Shown in pieces: positions 10,201 through 17,492 of a stretch of 64,000 nucleotides of DNA. This DNA is from Chloroflexota bacterium (GTDB taxonomy: Bacteria; Chloroflexota; UBA11872; VXOZ01), in NCBI GenBank assembly GCA_965221905.1, contig OZ244922.1, positions 3,008,001 through 3,072,000 of the forward strand, written 5' to 3'. Both the position numbers and the translations under genes were made by a program. Each line of letters begins with the position of its first letter. Positions within the stretch are counted from its first letter, which is position 1. Under the pieces are notes generated by a model that saw nothing but the letters and a program-made list of their open reading frames with translations, was not told where the DNA came from and made no database searches.

Positions 10201-10899
10201 GGAGTCGTTCACATTGCTGTTCGTCTGGATGCACAGGAGCACGTCGTGGGCATCGGCATCCTCACGGCGGGTGTAATGCCCATCGTTCGTGGCAACCAGC
10301 GGCAGGTCGAGTTCCCTTGCCAGCTTCACGAGCTTCCCGGTAACTTCCTGCTCCCAGTCCATACCGTGGTCTTGGATTTCGATGTAGAAGCTATCCGGAC
10401 CGAACAGATCGCGGTAGCGGAGCGCCAATTCCCGCGCCTTGTCCTCGTTCCCGTCCCGGAGCGCCCGCGGAATCTCGCCCGCCGGACAACCCGAAAGGCA
10501 AATGAGACCCTCGTGATATTGCTCCAGCAGTTCGTGGTCCGCCCGCGGCTTGTAGTAGAAGCCTTCCAACTGCGCCTGCGTCGCCAGTTTGACGAGATTC
10601 TTGTAGCCTTGGTTGTTTTTCGCCAAAAGCGTGAGGTGGTATTGCCGGTCGTCTAATTTCGGCTCGCGGTCGAAGCGCGAGCGGGTCGCCATGTACACCT
10701 CGCAGCCCAAGATGGGCTTGATGTCCCGTTTGCGCGCTTCTTCATAGAACTCGATGGCGCCGTAGAGCACGCCGTGATCGGTGAGCGCGATAGCCGAAAA
10801 ACCCAGTTCCTTGGCGCGGTCCATCAACTCCGGCATGCGGCTCATGCCGTCCAGCAGACTGTAGTGCGTATGCAGATGCAGGTGGGTAAATTGCTTCAT
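7204..10899 (-). CDS. dnaE: DNA polymerase III subunit alpha
   Basis: PHP motif HLHLHTHYSLLDG, RGSAAGS, PDIDVD, KMDFLGL and a C-terminal OB fold. Confidence 0.97.
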   Translation of the reverse strand: MKQFTHLHLHTHYSLLDGMSRMPELMDRAKELGFSAIALTDHGVLYGAIEFYEEARKRDIKPILGCEVYMATRSRFDREPKLDDRQYHLTLLAKNNQGYKNLVKLATQAQLEGFYYKPRADHELLEQYHEGLICLSGCPAGEIPRALRDGNEDKARELALRYRDLFGPDSFYIEIQDHGMDWEQEVTGKLVKLARELDLPLVATNDGHYTRREDADAHDVLLCIQTNSNVNDSNRMRMEKDAFYLRSADEMWEIFSEFPEALTNTVKIAEACNVELALDQRILPHFEVPEGHTARTFLHERCTAGLAALYAEPDAAAHERLEYELGVIGEMGFSSYLLIAADFVNWAKEQGIPTTVRGSAAGSLVCYTAGITDIDPLHYGLIFERFLNPSRYTMPDIDVDLMDVRRNEVIEYVTEKYGADHVAQIITFGTMKARAAVRDVGRALGMTYGEVDRVAKLVPTMSTVDDALRDSPDLQQLVADDAQVQRLLDLAKNLEGVARHASTHAAGVVISREPLTEYVPLQRNVGDDGVMTQFEMNAIEKIGLLKMDFLGLRNLTVLDRAVRFIAETRGESIDLKKIPLDDSKTFKLLSSGETTGVFQLESDGMRRYVKELQPDRIEDVMALVALYRPGPMAYIPQYVARRHGREKATARHPLMSAVLERTYGIMVYQEDVMAVAQAVAGYTLAEADKLCYAVRKKIAHELQEHRERFVQGAVANGLSKKLAEEIFADFEPFARYGFNQAHATCYGTIAYQTAYLKANYPTEYMTAVLSTELGNTDKIVEAVRECRRLKVTVAPPSVHESESNFAIKEGTVYFGLAAVKNVGTAAAEAIAAQRADGPYQEFYDFCVRIDQRAVNRRALESLIKVGALDTMGDRAALLASLDDVLASSQKAQSIGNQGPTLFETFLGEEQAAMLTSFTLPQAEPATPEEKGIWEKELLGDYLSENPFKPHIERMHAAAGTTTAEVTKEREGKRVTLAGRVESVRKILTRKGQNMALLTLEDESGQIDVTVFPNLYAERAALLVNGNFVVLRGRVEQDSRDDVMKVLAESVAPLDDAVAERQEPDTAMPPVTVAVREGASLPASGSDLPEWVLGDNDVPTDRPAVVDEPVAASGEESETPAAPTADASPRNDSVEPDPEQEMQPVADVVDQTGPEVELVLQRTSDDAQDLGLLQRVANVLTRNPGDTRVALRIILNGVHVRIDTHDRIALTPEVEDEIEELLGTAPLRKMDT

Positions 10900-11154
10900 G
10901 TAGACACACCGCTCCTAAGATCGGCTCCGTGCCAAATGGGAAATTTTCTTGGTCTAGAATACCTGGACGGCGACGATAATGAAAGCGAAATTACGGTCTT
11001 GACGGAAGGTATTTTAGGGCCTCCAGGCCGCTCGATTCCGCCTACCGCAAGGATCTCGCAATGGTGGGGAAAACGTTCAGAATATGTGTAGCTTCCATGA
11101 GGGTTTCCAGCATCGAATTCCACTTCTGCTGTATGCGTGAGAAGCGGCAGTCTT

Positions 11155-11883
11155 CGTCATTCCGGCTTGCGCCGGATTCCATCTTGTCCAAGCCGACCCA
11201 ACTTCCGATAGTGCTATAGCAACCTCATTGAAACGGGAACCCCCCCGCCATCATCTCTTGCTGCAAAATTCCGCTCTAACTGCTCACGCCGGCGGCGAAT
11301 CGGCCCGTCATTCACGCAAAAGCGGGAATCCATTTTCCTCTTGTCAAGCGTACTGCAAGACACGTGTATGCCCGCCCACAACCAGGGCCGTAGTCGGAAA
11401 ATCCCCTCTCCATCGAGGAGACCTTTGCATAACTCCGTCAATCCGGCGAAAGCCGGAATCCAGAGCGGGGTGTGGGTAGACAGGGATTGCTTGTAGTGAG
11501 GCCGTTATTCACCCCCATCCCGACCTTCCCCATCAAGGGGGAAGGGGTATCGCAATGGTCTCATGTCGAGGGAGAGGGCAAGGGTGAGGGTGAGGGTGAA
11601 TCCTCGCCAGCAATGACCAAGCCCGTTCGCTTTGTCGAATTACGCGGAGGTTGCCAAGGAGGGAAAAGCCCCCGCGCAACCATGTTCCCAATGCCACTGC
11701 CATGAGTATTTGCCGCATTCCTCTCCGTCATTCCCGCGAAAGCGGGAATCCATCTTCTCCATGCAATTGCCCCTACCCTGCGAAGGACAAGCCACACGCC
11801 CTACGACCTACCCACCGCAATTCCTACAAGAAACAGCGCCAATCCTCTCCGTCTTTCCCGCGAAAGCGGGAATCCATCTTCTC
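11155..11883. repeat. Intergenic cluster of REP-like palindromes of several classes
   Basis: GTCATTCC-type units near 11155, 11306 and 11436, plus a 41-bp direct repeat at 11719-11759 and 11843-11883 (1 mismatch). Also ccctctcc/ggagaggg...gtgagggtga and cccccatccc...ccttcccc...gggggaagggg units. Confidence 0.85.
11418..11562 (+). mobile_element. MITE-like element (family B, copy 1) with GAGACC...GGTCTC ends, carrying two REP classes
   Basis: gagacctttgcataac ... tcgcaatggtctc. A colinear homologous copy lies in reverse orientation at 59519-59712. Confidence 0.65.
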
Positions 11884-11904
11884 TTCGACTTAAGGTATTC
11901 ACCA

Positions 11905-11939
11905 AACAGAAAAGTCCCGCTCCGCAGGAGCAGGACTTC
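11905..11939 (-). terminator. Intrinsic terminator downstream of the HesB/IscA gene
   Basis: Minus strand reads aagtcctgctcc-tgc-ggagcgggactt followed by ttctgttt. Confidence 0.7.
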
Positions 11940-11964
11940 ACCTTCCGACCTAAGAACAATTACG

Positions 11965-12324
11965 TCAAGTACTGCACGGCCTTGCCTCACCGGCGCTTTC
12001 TGCCGTATCGAAAGACTGACCGCACGAGCACGACTGCTCGGCATTAGGATTGAGGATAGTAAAGCCGCCGCCAATCAAGGCAGTGCTAAAGTCGATTTCC
12101 GAGCCGCTGAGGTACATCAGGCTGAACGGGTCCACAAAGACGCGCACTCCCCCGTCCTCGACCACCTCGTCACCCTCGTCCGCGCGCTCTTCCATGGACA
12201 TGCCGTACTGAAACCCGGAGCACCCGCCAGGCGACACAAACACCCGCAGCCCCGCCTCAGGATTCCCCTGCTCCGTCAGCAAGCCCTTCAAATGCTCCAC
12301 CGCAGTCGTCGTCATAGATAACAT
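11965..12324 (-). CDS. HesB/IscA/ErpA family Fe-S cluster assembly accessory protein
   Basis: GGCSGFQY and NPNAEQSCSCGQSF motifs. Start codon uncertain. Confidence 0.92.
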   Translation of the reverse strand: MLSMTTTAVEHLKGLLTEQGNPEAGLRVFVSPGGCSGFQYGMSMEERADEGDEVVEDGGVRVFVDPFSLMYLSGSEIDFSTALIGGGFTILNPNAEQSCSCGQSFDTAESAGEARPCST

Positions 12325-12506
12325 TGCAGACAATCCTACCGGTTCAGCGCAACGTAACTCTTCTAACCAATTCGTACCTCTACCGCAATCGTACTGATTC
12401 CAAGCCAAGTAGTCAAGCGGAAACACCTCACACGTTCTTCTGCCAAGGAGACTCGCATCACTCTACTCCTAAGAATCCAACTCCGCCCGGCTGCAGCATC
12501 TTGGGC

Positions 12507-12515
12507 TGATATACT
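12507..12515 (+). promoter_or_regulatory. Putative extended -10 promoter of the five-gene cassette
   Basis: TGaTATACT about 50 nt upstream of the first gene. Confidence 0.4.
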
Positions 12516-12569
12516 GGGATTATAGTAGTACATGCTAACTGAGTTGGGCGGGTAGAAGGAGTGGAGACC

Positions 12570-13043
12570 ATGAAACTTGGGCAATTATTCAAAGACGCAA
12601 ATCTGGACAAAATTAACCTGTCTACGACTGGAGTGAGTGCTGAGATATCTTTCAAGGCTACCGATAAGAACGCGGCCTGGGAGCTATACATTGAAATGTT
12701 GACGAGGATCGTCACTCAGCCTTTGCCAGAAGAAGCAGGAGACGAAAAGACCGCTCTCGATAGCGTCTACTCGCTGTTCCCAACCACCCGCGAGATATTA
12801 CGCAGGCATGGCCGCAAGGCAATTGAGTTCAGTAAGGTCGCAATTCCAGTCTTGAACCAGGTAGTTCGACCTTTTACCGCAAAGTGGCACAGAGAGTCCA
12901 TCTCCGGTGCGTTCGATGATCCGGCAATACGACAGGACTTTCGTGAAGAGCTCGCGATGTTACAAGTAGAGTTACGCAACTACAACAGCCTGCTGGCAGA
13001 CATCGCCGATGTAGAGGACTTAACGAACTTGGAAGAGAATTAA
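12570..13043 (+). CDS. Hypothetical, largely alpha-helical protein; first gene of the cassette
   Basis: Clean ORF with AGGAG/GGAG RBS and motif-like segments AWELYIEMLTRI, ALDSVYSLF and VLNQVVRPFTAKWH. Function unknown. Confidence 0.75.
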   Translation: MKLGQLFKDANLDKINLSTTGVSAEISFKATDKNAAWELYIEMLTRIVTQPLPEEAGDEKTALDSVYSLFPTTREILRRHGRKAIEFSKVAIPVLNQVVRPFTAKWHRESISGAFDDPAIRQDFREELAMLQVELRNYNSLLADIADVEDLTNLEEN

Positions 13044-13221
13044 GGGGGCATTAGAATTCACTTTCCACCAAAGAGAGCCAGGAGGAAAGTTCAGCCTAGA
13101 AAATACATCAATGCTGACATTAGCGCTGAAGGCGTATTCGAATTCTTAAAGGGGTCAGAGCATTGTGGGAGAATCGTATGCGCCATCAGTATGGTCTTTA
13201 TCAAAAAGGGAGTAGTCAAGC

Positions 13222-13701
13222 ATGTCTGAGAGCATCAAGAACGTCTTCATAAGCCACATACACGAGGACGATGAAGGAATTAGCCGAATCAAGAGCGTGG
13301 TCGAGGGGCAGGGCTTGACAGTCCGAGATAGTTCAATTACTTCGGACAAGCCGAATACAGCCACCAACGAGGACTACATCAAGTATCAAATCTTAGCGCC
13401 GCGAATCAACTGGGCGAGCGTACTAGCTGTCTACGTGTCTCCAGAAACTAAACAGAGCTGGTGGGTGAACTGGGAAATAGAATATGCCCACAAGCAAGGC
13501 AAGAGAGTCGTTGGTATATGGGAATGGGGAGCTAAAGGCTGTGAACTACCGGAAGCCCTCCATCGATATGGTGACGCGTTGGTCGGTTGGAATGGGGAAA
13601 GTATCATAGACGCAATAAACGGCGGGTCCGACAACTGGTACGGCCCAGATGGGTCGCAGCAAGAGCGTCGGGCAATCGCGCGCTATTCTTGTGCAAGCTG
13701 A
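13222..13701 (+). CDS. TIR-domain protein, ThsB/DUF1863 (MTH538-like) type
   Basis: NVFISH beta-A strand and SWWVNWEIEYA with the catalytic Glu, followed by GKRVVGI. Confidence 0.88.
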   Translation: MSESIKNVFISHIHEDDEGISRIKSVVEGQGLTVRDSSITSDKPNTATNEDYIKYQILAPRINWASVLAVYVSPETKQSWWVNWEIEYAHKQGKRVVGIWEWGAKGCELPEALHRYGDALVGWNGESIIDAINGGSDNWYGPDGSQQERRAIARYSCAS

Positions 13702-13708
13702 TTTTGCA

Positions 13709-14311
13709 GTGCCGAGACTGTTTTCTTACGTCGTTACTAGAGACTATGGGTTCGCCCCAAATCCATTTTACGGTTGTTGCACTTTGGCAACCTGTAAGCC
13801 ACGGATTAGAAACGTCGCTTCGATAGGAGATTGGATAATCGGTACAGGAAGCAAGAAGCAGGGGAGGGATGGATTCCTGGTCTTTGTCATGCAGGTTACA
13901 AAGACCATGACGTTCAACGAATACTGGAATAGTGATCGTTTTCGACCAAAGAGACCTAACTTAAGGGGTAGCATGAAGCAGGCCTTTGGGGACAACATCT
14001 ACTTCAACGACATTGCTGGCGAATGGCAACAACAAGACTCACATCATAGCTACAGAGACGGTTCGCCAAACCACTCAAATATTGCGCTTGACACTCAAAC
14101 TGATAGGGTCCTGATAAGCTCTAACTTTGTATATTGGGGTAAGTCAGGACCCAGAATTCCCCACCGCTTTAGAAACTACAACGGGACCGATATCTGCGCC
14201 GGTCGCGGCCATAAAAGCCAGTTTCCTGAGGCATTGGTCGAGGACTTTGTATACTGGTTTCAGTCACTAAGAGTAACGGGTTATGTGGACGCACCTTCAG
14301 AGTGGGATTGA
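13709..14311 (+). CDS. Nucleotide-modification-associated domain 2 (Nmad2)-like protein
   Basis: SYVV.RDYGFAPNPF.G.CTLATCKP.IR...IGDWIIG signature, GDNIY and VLIS..F.YWG. GTG start 7 nt after the TIR stop. Confidence 0.8.
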   Translation: MPRLFSYVVTRDYGFAPNPFYGCCTLATCKPRIRNVASIGDWIIGTGSKKQGRDGFLVFVMQVTKTMTFNEYWNSDRFRPKRPNLRGSMKQAFGDNIYFNDIAGEWQQQDSHHSYRDGSPNHSNIALDTQTDRVLISSNFVYWGKSGPRIPHRFRNYNGTDICAGRGHKSQFPEALVEDFVYWFQSLRVTGYVDAPSEWD

Positions 14312-14370
14312 TCATCTTCAGGACTAAGATCAGCTTGGGGTCAAGTTAAGACAAAGGAGAATTATATCTC

Positions 14371-15492
14371 TTGCAGTTGCTAAATGACTATGTGACAGCG
14401 ATTCAACGCACCGACAAACTTCCTCACAATGATCTTCAGCCTGTCCTACTGGGCTTGTTTGGTGAGGTCGGCAGCGTAATGGCTACAGCCAAGAAACGTC
14501 ACCGAGAGGATGCAGCTTACGCCGGATATCAACAAGCACTGGAAGAAGAATTCGGTGACGTACTATGGTATTTTGAGGCACTGTGCCGACGCCTGAACTC
14601 TAATTTAGCCGAACTATTCGAAGTCGCGATGGGTCGTAGCGATTACGAGACTGCCTCCTTCGAGAGCAACCTAACCAGGGACATTCCTTCGCTCGCTTTG
14701 CCAGCCCCAAAACCGCAACTGCTAAATGTAGCGTTGTTGGAATTAGGCAAAACGGTCTCTGTCTTGCTCGATTCCGCGGGCCGTAATGAAGAAACAAAAT
14801 CCATGCTCTACACGTTCGCTGATCGCTATTTGCAGGCTATTCAGGCAGCTCACGTGAGTTTTCCAAAGATTGTCGGAATTAATGCTAATAAGGCATGCGG
14901 ACGATTTCTCGATCCTGATATTCCATCCCTACCTACCTTCGACAGCGACTTCCCTGAAGAAGAGAGGCTTCCTGATTACTTTGAGATCAAGATCACCCAA
15001 CGAAAGAGTGGCCAATGTTACCTACAGTGGAACGGCGTATTCATTGGCGATCCTCTCACGGACAACATCAAGGAGCCAGATGGTTATCGGTTCCATGATG
15101 TATTCCATTTGGCGCACGCTGCCGTGCTTCATTGGGCACCCACTTTCCGGTCGCTCATAAAACAGAAGCGAAAGAGTGATCCGAAGGTCGACGAGGCCCA
15201 GGATGGCGGCAGAGCAATTGTCATTGAGGAGGGGCTCAGTGCCTGGTTGTTTTCACGCGCAAAACTCCTTGACTTCTTTGAAGGTCATGACAGCGTATCT
15301 TTTGATTTGCTGAAGACCATACAGCAGTTTACACAAGGATATGAGGTAGAAGAGTGTCCTCTACGTTTGTGGGAGCAGGCGATCCTGCAAGGTTACGAGG
15401 TTTTCAGAGAAGTGCAAAAAAACGGTGGCGGCGTGGTAATAGGTGATCGAAATACTCGCACTATCAAGTTTAGGCCACTAAACGAGGAATAG
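14371..15492 (+). CDS. MazG-like nucleotide pyrophosphohydrolase with MazG C-terminal domain
   Basis: GLFGEVGS...KK..RE...EEEFGDVLWY, and C-terminal GDPLTDN...DGYRFHDVFH...KRKSDP.VDEAQDGGRA.VIEEG. AAAGGAG RBS before a TTG start. Confidence 0.85.
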   Translation: MQLLNDYVTAIQRTDKLPHNDLQPVLLGLFGEVGSVMATAKKRHREDAAYAGYQQALEEEFGDVLWYFEALCRRLNSNLAELFEVAMGRSDYETASFESNLTRDIPSLALPAPKPQLLNVALLELGKTVSVLLDSAGRNEETKSMLYTFADRYLQAIQAAHVSFPKIVGINANKACGRFLDPDIPSLPTFDSDFPEEERLPDYFEIKITQRKSGQCYLQWNGVFIGDPLTDNIKEPDGYRFHDVFHLAHAAVLHWAPTFRSLIKQKRKSDPKVDEAQDGGRAIVIEEGLSAWLFSRAKLLDFFEGHDSVSFDLLKTIQQFTQGYEVEECPLRLWEQAILQGYEVFREVQKNGGGVVIGDRNTRTIKFRPLNEE

Positions 15493-15494
15493 TA

Positions 15495-16154
15495 ATGAGG
15501 CTTGTCCGATTTGTTGAGAGACTGAGCGACTTGAGTCTTGAGAACACCTTTAATCCCTATGCCGAGCGATGCGTTGTTCACGACCGAGATGACGCGCCCC
15601 AATACCGGTCGAGTACACTGCTGAAAATACTTGAGAGAGCTTCAGCGCAGGAGATAGATTCCATTTGGATTGGTCGCGACCTGGGTTATCGAGGGGGAAG
15701 ACGGACTGGGCTCGCATTCACAGACGACATGCACTTCCGCGCTCACGCCGCGAGGTGGGGACTATCAGCCAGTCGGCCAACTATGGGCAACCCGGTAAAG
15801 GAACGCACGGCCGCCGCAGTCTGGAGCGCCCTTTCAAGAATTGAACAATCAGTTTTTCTTTGGAATGTGTTTCCGCTACACCCGCATGAGCCAAATAACC
15901 CATTTAGCAACCGCTCTCACAATAGGCTTGAGAAGCAAGTTGGGGAGAATCTACTCTCTCAACTCGTTTCGATTCTCCGCCCCAGTCGGCTAATTGCAAT
16001 TGGGAAAGTTGCTGAACAAACAGCACACAATTTGGGCTGCTCCTATAAGGTAGTTCGCCACCCCAGCTATGGGGGACAAACGGAGTTCCTAACGCAAGTA
16101 GCTGAGTTGTACGACCTGCCAGATCGCTACCAGAGCGTGCTTTTTGAGCAATGA
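15495..16154 (+). CDS. Uracil-DNA glycosylase superfamily protein (divergent)
   Basis: FNPY, IGRDLGYRGGRRTGLAFTD (motif A variant), WNVFPLHPH, SNR, AIGKVA and RHPSYGG (motif B). Confidence 0.82.
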   Translation: MRLVRFVERLSDLSLENTFNPYAERCVVHDRDDAPQYRSSTLLKILERASAQEIDSIWIGRDLGYRGGRRTGLAFTDDMHFRAHAARWGLSASRPTMGNPVKERTAAAVWSALSRIEQSVFLWNVFPLHPHEPNNPFSNRSHNRLEKQVGENLLSQLVSILRPSRLIAIGKVAEQTAHNLGCSYKVVRHPSYGGQTEFLTQVAELYDLPDRYQSVLFEQ

Positions 16155-16383
16155 AGGTCGGACCTCAGCGGCGAATTCTGATCCCGGACCTCAACATTCT
16201 CGCGAATCCTTCAGCTTGAAGTGACTGAGATTTCTGTCAGCCTTTTGGGAGATGGCTGGCCCAAATCGGCAGCCGTCGCAGACCAAAAGCCGTAAAGTGA
16301 TTTGCTGGCATGCCCTTAGCCCCTAGAACAAGCTCGCGGGTTGGACCTACCGGCATTGCCTAAGCCTACCATGCCACAATTGC

Positions 16384-16413
16384 TTGACGCTTTGGGTTTG
16401 CTTTGCGTAGCAT
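16384..16413 (+). promoter_or_regulatory. Sigma70-type promoter of SRP RNA
   Basis: TTGACG-N18-TAGCAT immediately upstream of the RNA 5' end. Confidence 0.6.
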
Positions 16414-16421
16414 GAGTCATG

Positions 16422-16692
16422 AGGCCGTGCTAGACGGGGAACTAGCGGTGCCCTGAACCCGCAATCCGCTATAGCGGGGTTGACAGCTTTCCATGAGGTT
16501 TGTGTTCCTTGAAGGCTGCTGCGAGGTAGCGGCGTTGATGGCTGGGTCTTGCGCGGCGAGAGGCCGTGAACCCCGTCAGGTCCGGAAGGAAGCAGCGGTA
16601 AGCGGTTACTCTCGGGTGCCGCAAGGAAGCTTGGCCGGAGCTAGCGCCACGTGGGCGCTTCAGGGAGCAGGATCGAAGGAAAGGCACGGCCT
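16422..16692 (+). ncRNA. ffs: Large (Alu-domain) signal recognition particle RNA
   Basis: Conserved helix 8 tcaggtccggaaggaagcagc, terminal pairing aggccgtgc/gcacggcct, 5' Alu-like gtgctagacgggg..tagcggtgccctg. About 270 nt, upstream of dnaX. Confidence 0.93.
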
Positions 16693-16927
16693 CATTTCAT
16701 CTACCTCACCTCGGCGTTTCGGGTACGTCATCGGCAACCAGGAGTAGCCTGATTCTGCCTGCGTGCCGATCCCGGCCCCACCCAATGCCCTCCCGCCTTC
16801 GCACGCATGGCGCGCTCCCGGGGTCCGACTTGTCCCTCGTCCACCCCAGAATTAGCCTTGCCCGTTCTTTTTACAGGGCCGTAGTCCGAGGCGTGGCGCG
16901 AAGATGGATTCCCGCTTTCGCGGGATT

Positions 16928-17191
16928 TGTAAGTGTTGAGTAATTCGTTGACAGAATTCGCTTTCCACCAGGCAGTGTTGACCGATTATGTCATTCCGAG
17001 CGGGCAGCGGCCCCGTGCGAATCACGGGGAGGAATCTGGAGTCCATGTCGCATCTAGTCCAATAGGCTCAGCACTTTAGATTCCTCTCTGCGCTACGCTT
17101 CGATCGGAATGACATGTGTGCAAGGCATGCACGACACGTCGCTTATCTTCTCTTTATTGAAAATCTGTCAACGAATTACCTGACACCTACA
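16928..17191. mobile_element. MITE-like element (family A, copy 2) inserted in a REP
   Basis: Left end tgtaagtgttgagtaattcgttgacaga, right end tctgtcaacgaattacctgacacctaca. Flanks ggatt/ggagt rejoin to ggattcccgctttcgcgggaNtgacgg. Internal tgtcattccgag...cggaatgaca doublet. Confidence 0.78.
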
Positions 17192-17340
17192 GGAGTGACG
17201 GACCCAAGTACCCTCCTCGTTCCCCGCAGCCGGCACTCCAGATTCCCCGCAGGCGGCACTCCAGCGACGTTTGGCGACGGATTTCTCAGGCCACCTGGAT
17301 TTTTGCGGACCGAAGTTCACTTGACCTCGTTAACATTGAC

Positions 17341-17370
17341 TCTAGATTCCTCGCTGCGCTCGGAATGACG
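17341..17370 (-). repeat. REP-like unit (GTCATTCCGAGCGCAGCGAGGAATCT class)
   Basis: tctagattcctcgctgcgctcggaatgacg. Confidence 0.75.
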
Positions 17371-17492
17371 TACAATTCAACATAGAGGCGGCTTAGAGTT
17401 TCTATCGACTGACTTCGGTGAATTCTTGCCATCACAGCGTTCGCCAAATAACAAATAGCGTGCGCTAACCAAATCGAGGAGATACTGCATCG

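Noticed and set aside
7204-10899. Intein in DnaE
   Set aside because: The extra length is a low-complexity linker near the C-terminus, with no intein splice motifs.
11155-11883. Repeated palindromes as a CRISPR array, and the short ORFs overlapping them
   Set aside because: Irregular spacing, mixed classes and dispersed copies indicate REPs; the ORFs are translations of repeats.
13044-13229. Reading frame stays open for about 61 codons after the TAA of the first cassette gene (possible read-through or split gene)
   Set aside because: The upstream protein ends plausibly, the extension has no recognisable motif or good start, and such a run can occur by chance.
12561-16154. Calling the cassette a canonical Thoeris system
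   Set aside because: No ThsA-type SIR2/SLOG, Macro-TM or caspase effector is present; only the TIR matches.
17220-17264. ttccccgc... units resembling type I-E CRISPR repeats
   Set aside because: Only two adjacent units, no spacers and no cas genes.
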